DNA of 9,366 nt from an uncultured archaeon (lineage in GTDB: Archaea; Asgardarchaeota; Lokiarchaeia; Sigyniarchaeales; Promethearchaeaceae): positions 8,249 to 17,614 of the forward strand of contig CAYRPF010000025.1 of NCBI GenBank assembly GCA_964426185.1, read 5' to 3'. Each line of letters begins with the position of its first letter. The stretch's first letter is position 1. Positions 1 to 5,390 of the stretch are shown piece by piece. Below the pieces are notes generated by a model. That model was not told the DNA's origin. It did not search any database and saw only the letters and a program-made list of their open reading frames with translations. Made by a program: the position numbers and the translations under genes.

Positions 1-54
1 AATTCTTTATCAATTTATTGATTGGCGAATTCTTTATCAATTTATTGATTGGCG
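1..54. repeat. Exact 27-bp tandem duplication (AATTCTTTATCAATTTATTGATTGGCG x2), each unit with an internal inverted repeat
   Basis: Positions 1-27 and 28-54 are identical. ATCAAT-TT-ATTGAT lies at 9-22 and 36-49. The array may extend left of the window. Confidence 0.95.
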
Positions 55-61
55 CATTTTT

Positions 62-673
62 ATGGAAAGAAATGTTATTCCATTTATGAATCCCACAACC
101 CAAATCCTTAATTTCTGTACGGAAAATCTGAATAAAGTGAAAGAAGTACAATCAGTATTTGCCAGTGCATTACCGGAGATTAAAATCGCACAGAATCCAA
201 TTAAACTTACAGAAATTCAAGCAGAAACATTAGAAGAAGTTGCCTTGTTTAAATCACAAAGCATCCAAGATAAAATTAAGCCACCCTTTTTCATAGAAGA
301 TGCGGGATTTTTTGTGGATGATCATTTGCATGGATTTCCTGGTGTGTATAGTCATTATGTAATGGAAACTATCGGATGCCAAGGAATCTTAGCATTAATG
401 GATGGAAAGTCAGACCGTAGAGCTCATTTTGAAGCGGTTATCGCTTATATGGATGAAGGAAAAAACATTTACTTATTTAAAGGAGAAAATAAAGGTTCTG
501 TTGCATTGGAGCAAAGGGGAACTTCAGGATTTGGATTTGATCCCATTTTTATTTCGAGTGATACTCCCAGAAAAACTTTTGCAGAAATTGGATTAGAAGA
601 AAAAAATAAAATCTCTCATCGAAGACGAGCGTTGGAAAAATTTATTGAGTTCCTAAAATCACATCCATTGTAG
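62..673 (+). CDS. rdgB: RdgB/HAM1 family non-canonical purine NTP (XTP/dITP) pyrophosphatase
   Basis: Family motifs: TENLNKVKE, EIQ, EDAG (catalytic Asp), GFPGVYS, GFGFDPIF, KNKISHR. Alternative ATG at 86. Confidence 0.95.
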   Translation: MERNVIPFMNPTTQILNFCTENLNKVKEVQSVFASALPEIKIAQNPIKLTEIQAETLEEVALFKSQSIQDKIKPPFFIEDAGFFVDDHLHGFPGVYSHYVMETIGCQGILALMDGKSDRRAHFEAVIAYMDEGKNIYLFKGENKGSVALEQRGTSGFGFDPIFISSDTPRKTFAEIGLEEKNKISHRRRALEKFIEFLKSHPL

Positions 674-689
674 CACAATCGATTAAAAA

Positions 690-833
690 TTATGTAACAA
701 TTTTAATAATATCCACGTTATCACTAAAGCATTTTGGGCAGATGATTGATATTTTTTGAGCATCCACATTAAATATGTGTCCACATTTAAGGCATTTAAT
801 TATTAAAAATGATCCGTTCCCAGAATTAGCCAT
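690..833 (-). CDS. Small zinc-ribbon protein, 47 aa (not in ORF track)
   Basis: Manual translation: MANSGNGSFLIIKCLKCGHIFNVDAQKISIICPKCFSDNVDIIKIVT*. Two CxxC knuckles (CLKCGH, CPKC). ATG at 833-831, TAA at 692-690. Fills most of an otherwise empty 219-bp gap. Confidence 0.8.
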   Translation of the reverse strand: MANSGNGSFLIIKCLKCGHIFNVDAQKISIICPKCFSDNVDIIKIVT

Positions 834-852
834 AATAATCCCACATTATTTT

Positions 853-860
853 TATTTATA
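853..860 (-). promoter_or_regulatory. Possible archaeal TATA box for the zinc-ribbon gene
   Basis: TATAAATA on the minus strand 20-27 nt upstream of the ATG at 833. No good purine-rich BRE, and the background is AT-rich. Confidence 0.3.
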
Positions 861-861
861 C

Positions 862-889
862 GGAGAAAGAAGATAAAGATAAAAAAAAA
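862..889 (-). terminator. Possible archaeal oligo-T terminator after the membrane protein gene
   Basis: The minus strand reads T9 (889-881) then a pyrimidine-rich tract, starting a few nt after the stop at 895-893. Confidence 0.45.
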
Positions 890-892
890 TGG

Positions 893-1621
893 TTATTTCT
901 TTTTTCCTCGCGTGATGAGTAGTAAGAAGATAAAGAATAAGACCATAAAGAGGAAAAGAAATACCCAAATGGTTGAAGTAGCAGGTGACCATAAGAAAGC
1001 CAAGAATGAAAATGGAATTCCGAAAATTAAGGTCAAAATTACCAAAGCAACCAGATTTGTCTCCATATCCTTTAAATCCATCACTATTGGAATAATAACC
1101 GATAAAGTCAGCAAGGTTATCAAAATTTTATAGGCTAATATTACCCCAAATAACGCGTGCCCTGAAGTTTCCAAATCGAAAATCGGGATGTAAAAGAATT
1201 TAAGCACAGGTGTTGTTCCCAATTTCATATGCTCTAAACCAGGCAATGCTGGGAGCACGGCTGAAAGAATTAAATTTAAAATGATACCCACAATCAGCAT
1301 TAGGGCTACATCATCGGCGTCTTTATACCCTTGCTCGCGATCTTTTATAATAATATCACGGATTACTGCTAGTAACCACAGTATTGCTAACACCATCATT
1401 GCTCCTATGGGCCCAAAATCCAACATATTATTTTTAGTTAGAATACTCCACAGGTAGTTGGCTGGAAGTAAAGCCGCAATATAGGCAATAGAACCGTAAT
1501 TATCTCCTCTTTTAAATAAATCATAACAAAGAAAAACCAAGTAAATCAGAGAGAAAGTTATTAGTAAAACAAACTGTTCAACTGTGAATCCCATAATTAT
1601 CATTAATAAATTAGTGAGCAA
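893..1621 (-). CDS. Hypothetical integral membrane protein, about 7 TM helices
   Basis: About seven hydrophobic ~20-aa segments by eye and a basic C-terminus (RGKKK). No family recognised. The track start is TTG; ATGs at 1603 or 1594 are likelier starts. Confidence 0.8.
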   Translation of the reverse strand: MLTNLLMIIMGFTVEQFVLLITFSLIYLVFLCYDLFKRGDNYGSIAYIAALLPANYLWSILTKNNMLDFGPIGAMMVLAILWLLAVIRDIIIKDREQGYKDADDVALMLIVGIILNLILSAVLPALPGLEHMKLGTTPVLKFFYIPIFDLETSGHALFGVILAYKILITLLTLSVIIPIVMDLKDMETNLVALVILTLIFGIPFSFLAFLWSPATSTIWVFLFLFMVLFFIFLLLITRGKKK

Positions 1622-1710
1622 CTTTATTAAATATTTTAATGCCTTTTATTAGCAGATTTCTTTGGGAGAAAAGAAATTTTTATTGGGAATTAAACGTATT
1701 TTGAAATTGT
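1622..1710. promoter_or_regulatory. Divergent promoter region with candidate BRE/TATA elements
   Basis: Plus strand: purine-rich GAAAAGAAA then TTTTTATT (1677-1684), about 30 nt before ATG 1711. Minus strand: TTTAATAA (1631-1624), 21-28 nt before ATG 1603. Confidence 0.4.
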
Positions 1711-2274
1711 ATGGATCTTAAAAAAGAGCTAATTGGCTTACGCATCTTTATGGGGTCTTTCTTCACAGAAATTGAAAAAATTTATGGAACCAGCACCGTG
1801 AAGGCCATTTTAAATCGGATGGGTCAAAAACCTGCCGAAATAGTGGCTGCGGAAATATTAGAAAAATATGGAAAAACAGAAGAAGACCATTTTGATAATC
1901 CTTTGGCAGCTTTTTCCCTATTTCAGAATACGATTACCAAATTATACGATGCAGAAGTGATATCCCATGAAGAATTGAAGGATCGCCATGTGATCCGAAT
2001 TAAAAACGAATGCATCTACCGTCAAATTATAAAAAATCAAGAAAATTTAAAATACGGAGAGACTCTTTGTGAATTTACTTTCGGATATTTTGAAACTGCT
2101 TTAAAGAAACTTACGGGTTTAAATGTGGAATACAAATTTGATAGCAGTCAAAGCGATGATGATGCTTGTTCCATTAATCTAATTTTCTACAAGAAATTCG
2201 ATGATGTCAAAAATCACAAACCAAAAAATAAAGAGATCCCAATAATTAATATTCCAGATGATAATCCTAAATAA
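1711..2274 (+). CDS. Stand-alone V4R / methanogen output domain 1 (MetOD1)-like protein
   Basis: Helical N-terminus (AILNRMG), then IRIKNECIY...LCEFTFGYFETALKKLTG...DDDACSI, the Cys/Gly pattern of the V4R/MetOD1 superfamily. Confidence 0.65.
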   Translation: MDLKKELIGLRIFMGSFFTEIEKIYGTSTVKAILNRMGQKPAEIVAAEILEKYGKTEEDHFDNPLAAFSLFQNTITKLYDAEVISHEELKDRHVIRIKNECIYRQIIKNQENLKYGETLCEFTFGYFETALKKLTGLNVEYKFDSSQSDDDACSINLIFYKKFDDVKNHKPKNKEIPIINIPDDNPK

Positions 2275-2282
2275 GAGAAAAA

Positions 2283-3260
2283 ATGATTAAAATGCTCCCA
2301 TTCACCTTTTATGAAGCATCCATTGGAGACTGTGATACTCCAACCACCTTTGCAATTTTTGGAATACCTTGGGATGCTAATTCCACCCATAATCACGGAT
2401 GCTCGCGGGGTGCACCTTATAAATTGCGCGAATTAACCTCATTTTTGGGCTGTGCTACCGAAATGGGGGATGACATCTCTCAATTCCCCATGCATGATTA
2501 TGGTGATGTCAAAATTCTCTCTTCTAAACCGGAACAAACCCGTAGTAATATTCGAGAGTTTATCAAAGAAATGCTACCATGGAATAAATGTCAACCAATT
2601 CCTGTAATGATCGGGGGAGATCATTACTGTACATATCCAGTGGTTCAAGCTCTTCACGATCGGTGGAAGGAAAGCCAAAATAACTTGAATAATTCATTTG
2701 GTGTCATTGTTTTTGATGCACATCTAGATTATTACGATAAATGGTTGGATGAAGAATCAGATTTTCACTGTACGGTAACTAAACGTATTGCGGATTTACC
2801 AAAAATTTCATCAAAAAATGTGGCTGTAATAGGTGTACGGGACATGGATATTCCCGAATTAGAACAAGCCAAACAAGATAACCTCACTTATATCCCAGCG
2901 TACAAATTACAGTCCTATGAGCAAATTCTTGAAGAAATTACTTTTTTATGCAAGAAATTCCACTCTCAAGGAATTACTGAAATATATGTATCCATTGATA
3001 TCGATGTTTTAGATGGAGGAATTGTTCCAGGTACCGGTTATTCCATACCGGGTGGAATGACTTATCGTCAATTATGGAATGCCTTGAAGTTTTTAACTTC
3101 ACAATTTCATATTATCGGTTTTGATATAGTGGAAGTGGCACCTGATTTAGATCTTCCGACCAATCTCACCCAAATTACCGCCGTTAAATTAATTACCGAA
3201 TTTATGAGTTTTATATTGCAAAAAATTCAAAAAGAAAAGAAAGAAAACAGCAAAAGTTGA
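2283..3260 (+). CDS. speB: Agmatinase / arginase-family ureohydrolase
   Basis: GIPWD, DYGDV, GGDH, DAHLD, IGVR, SIDIDVLD, PGTG, PGG, DIVEVAP. The binuclear metal ligands are all present. Exact substrate is uncertain. Confidence 0.9.
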   Translation: MIKMLPFTFYEASIGDCDTPTTFAIFGIPWDANSTHNHGCSRGAPYKLRELTSFLGCATEMGDDISQFPMHDYGDVKILSSKPEQTRSNIREFIKEMLPWNKCQPIPVMIGGDHYCTYPVVQALHDRWKESQNNLNNSFGVIVFDAHLDYYDKWLDEESDFHCTVTKRIADLPKISSKNVAVIGVRDMDIPELEQAKQDNLTYIPAYKLQSYEQILEEITFLCKKFHSQGITEIYVSIDIDVLDGGIVPGTGYSIPGGMTYRQLWNALKFLTSQFHIIGFDIVEVAPDLDLPTNLTQITAVKLITEFMSFILQKIQKEKKENSKS

Positions 3261-4222
3261 TTATTATGAAAGAAATCTCTGGAAATTTCCACTCAAAACC
3301 CGTTGAACAAATGGATGTAAATGCAAGTCCGGATATCGTTTCCATGGTTAACTCTTGGAATAATATGGGTTTTAATGCTAAAAGATTGGCTAAAGCTTGC
3401 ACAATTTATGAAGAAATGATTCATAATAAAAAATGTGTGAAATTTTTTGCACTTTCTGGAGCTATGATCCCAGCAGGTATGCAGAAAATAATTTATGATT
3501 TCATCGATCTTGGATTTGTGGATGTATTGGTAACCACAGGCGCGAATCTTACGCATGATGTAGTAGAAGCCTTGGGTGATCATCACCTGCAAGGATTTTT
3601 AAGCGAATCTCCGCAAGAAAATGAGAATCTGCATGAAGATGCAATGAATCGAATTTTTGATGTATTCATGCCGAATCAAGTATATGAAAACATGGAAGAT
3701 TGGTTAAAAACTTTCAAATTGGACCCAAAAGCCTCAGTTAAAGAAGCTTTGTGGACAATAGGGGAAAACCTTCCGGAGAATAGCCATTCTATCCTAAAAA
3801 TATGTGCTAAAAAGAAAATTCCTATCTACTGCCCAGCAATAACAGATTCAGGGCTTGGAATGCAGCTATCTTTCTTGTATCCTGGAATGAATTTAAATCA
3901 TTTTGAAGATTTGCAAGAATGTATTAACACCGCCTGGGATACTGAAATACCCGGTGTTTTTATTGTGGGAGGAGGAGTTCCCAAGAATTTTATTTTCCAA
4001 GCGATGCAATTTAGTCCTAACTCTGCAAAATATGTGGTACAAATAACCACAGATGTGCAAGTTTCTGCAGGTGGTTTGTCTTCTGCCTCTTTAAATGAAG
4101 CAATTTCATGGGGAAAAGTAAATGTGAAAGGAAAAACCTCTCAAGTCCATGCAGATGCTACCATCGCATTACCAATTATATTAGCCTATCTTAAACAAAA
4201 GAACGCTGAAGGAGTAATATAA
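3257..4222 (+). CDS. dys: Deoxyhypusine synthase family protein (DHS-like subgroup)
   Basis: GFNA, SGAMIPAG, TTGANLTHD, CPAITDSGLG, GGGVPKNF, EAISWGK (catalytic Lys), ADATIALP. The in-frame ATG at 3266 is the likelier start. Confidence 0.93.
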   Translation: MIIMKEISGNFHSKPVEQMDVNASPDIVSMVNSWNNMGFNAKRLAKACTIYEEMIHNKKCVKFFALSGAMIPAGMQKIIYDFIDLGFVDVLVTTGANLTHDVVEALGDHHLQGFLSESPQENENLHEDAMNRIFDVFMPNQVYENMEDWLKTFKLDPKASVKEALWTIGENLPENSHSILKICAKKKIPIYCPAITDSGLGMQLSFLYPGMNLNHFEDLQECINTAWDTEIPGVFIVGGGVPKNFIFQAMQFSPNSAKYVVQITTDVQVSAGGLSSASLNEAISWGKVNVKGKTSQVHADATIALPIILAYLKQKNAEGVI

Positions 4223-4225
4223 TCG

Positions 4226-4588
4226 ATGCGATTTACATTTTATTTAACTCAAAACTTGTCAAATTCAAATGATTATTCGATATTCAAAAATTTACTAGAA
4301 GAATTATGGAATAGGGAAGAATCAGAAGATAATGATATCCAAATTTTCTGTAGTGAGCAAGCAGTTTATCTTCTTTTATCCCCAGACCAATTTTTAAATC
4401 AAATAAAATCTAAACCGAAAACTCAAATTATTATTAATAAATCTCACTGTGAAAGTCTTTTAAACGATAAAAACGCCCACAATTTACAATATTCTTATCC
4501 TGAATTAAGCTGGCTTGATTCTGCTGCATTTCACCGCGAAATTTTGAATATTATTGCAGATCCGACAGCATGTTTCTTGAAATTCTAA
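4226..4588 (+). CDS. Divergent DsrE/F/H-fold protein (possible DsrH/TusB counterpart)
   Basis: 120 aa. IQIFCSEQAVYLL resembles the DsrE-fold 'F-x-x-DGV' segment. Adjacent to DsrE- and DsrF-like genes, so the call rests partly on context. Confidence 0.45.
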   Translation: MRFTFYLTQNLSNSNDYSIFKNLLEELWNREESEDNDIQIFCSEQAVYLLLSPDQFLNQIKSKPKTQIIINKSHCESLLNDKNAHNLQYSYPELSWLDSAAFHREILNIIADPTACFLKF

Positions 4589-4598
4589 GTGATATCTA

Positions 4599-4997
4599 AT
4601 GCCAATCTCAAAATTCCTTGTGTTAATAACAGAACCACCCTATTCAACTCCGTTATTTCCTGAAAAAGTTAAAATAATCCATCATTTATTGGAAAATAAC
4701 AATAATGTTGCGTTGTTTCTCTATATAGATGGTATTCATCAGCTTCAAACTAGTCAATTTCCTAGAAATTTCGCAAACATTGGACAAATGTATGCTTATT
4801 TGCACCAACAATTTCCAAATTTGCAATTTTACGCTTGTTCTCGTTGTAGTGCGGCGCGTGGATATTTAGATTTAAACAAATCAAAAATTGATGATGAATA
4901 TTTTTTCTCAAATAAGTTGTATCCTTTTGTTCAGATAGTTTCTGTTAGAAAATTTGGGGAACTATTGGCAAAAGGCTATCGGCTTCTAAAATTATAA
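4599..4997 (+). CDS. dsrE: DsrE/TusD-like sulfur relay protein
   Basis: LITEPPYS, LFLYIDGIH and ACSRCSAARG. Cys80 matches the persulfide-carrying Cys of TusD/DsrE (C...RG motif). Confidence 0.85.
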   Translation: MPISKFLVLITEPPYSTPLFPEKVKIIHHLLENNNNVALFLYIDGIHQLQTSQFPRNFANIGQMYAYLHQQFPNLQFYACSRCSAARGYLDLNKSKIDDEYFFSNKLYPFVQIVSVRKFGELLAKGYRLLKL

Positions 4998-5012
4998 AGA
5001 TGGCGATAAAAA

Positions 5013-5378
5013 ATGATAATCTTGTTAAAATCCGCACCTTACGCGTCTGAAGCCTCTTTGGGTAGTTTATTTATTGGATATTCAGTTGCTCAGCAAGCAA
5101 TTCCGACCAAGGTAATTTTTCTTGAAGAAGGTTTGTATAATCTCTTCCCAAATCAGAATTCAAACAATTCCTTAGAAATACCTCCGATCTCAGATTTAAT
5201 TCTTCAATTTATCGGTTTGATGAGATTTTATGCGGTTCCAATGGCGAATTCAGCGGGTCCTTTTTCGAAATCATGGTTGAGAGAGAAAAGAAGGATTTTG
5301 CAGGGAATACGAATAATTGATTATTCCGAAGTAGTTGAATTCTTAAAAGAAGATCCTAAAAATGTTTTGATTATATGA
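5013..5378 (+). CDS. dsrF: DsrF/TusC-like protein
   Basis: LKSAPY, VIFLEEGLY, terminal beta strand NVLII. No cysteines, consistent with a non-catalytic subunit. Confidence 0.75.
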   Translation: MIILLKSAPYASEASLGSLFIGYSVAQQAIPTKVIFLEEGLYNLFPNQNSNNSLEIPPISDLILQFIGLMRFYAVPMANSAGPFSKSWLREKRRILQGIRIIDYSEVVEFLKEDPKNVLII

Positions 5379-5390
5379 AGTGGCAGATCG

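Noticed and set aside
1-54. CRISPR array
   Set aside because: The two 27-bp units are directly adjacent with no spacer, and there are no cas genes in the window.
690-833. Assigning the small ORF as RNA polymerase Rpo12, a ribosomal protein or HypA
   Set aside because: Only the generic CxxC pairs match. It lacks the basic C-terminal residues of Rpo12 and the HypA nickel-binding N-terminus.
893-1621. Microbial rhodopsin or GPCR-like call for the 7-TM protein
   Set aside because: No retinal-binding Lys (DxxxK-type motif) in the last helix. Helix count alone is not evidence.
5000-5015. Out-of-frame ATG at 5000 before an A6 run, suggesting a frameshifted dsrF start
   Set aside because: The ATG at 5013 already gives the full first beta strand, so no frameshift is needed. 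Only read data could show an indel.
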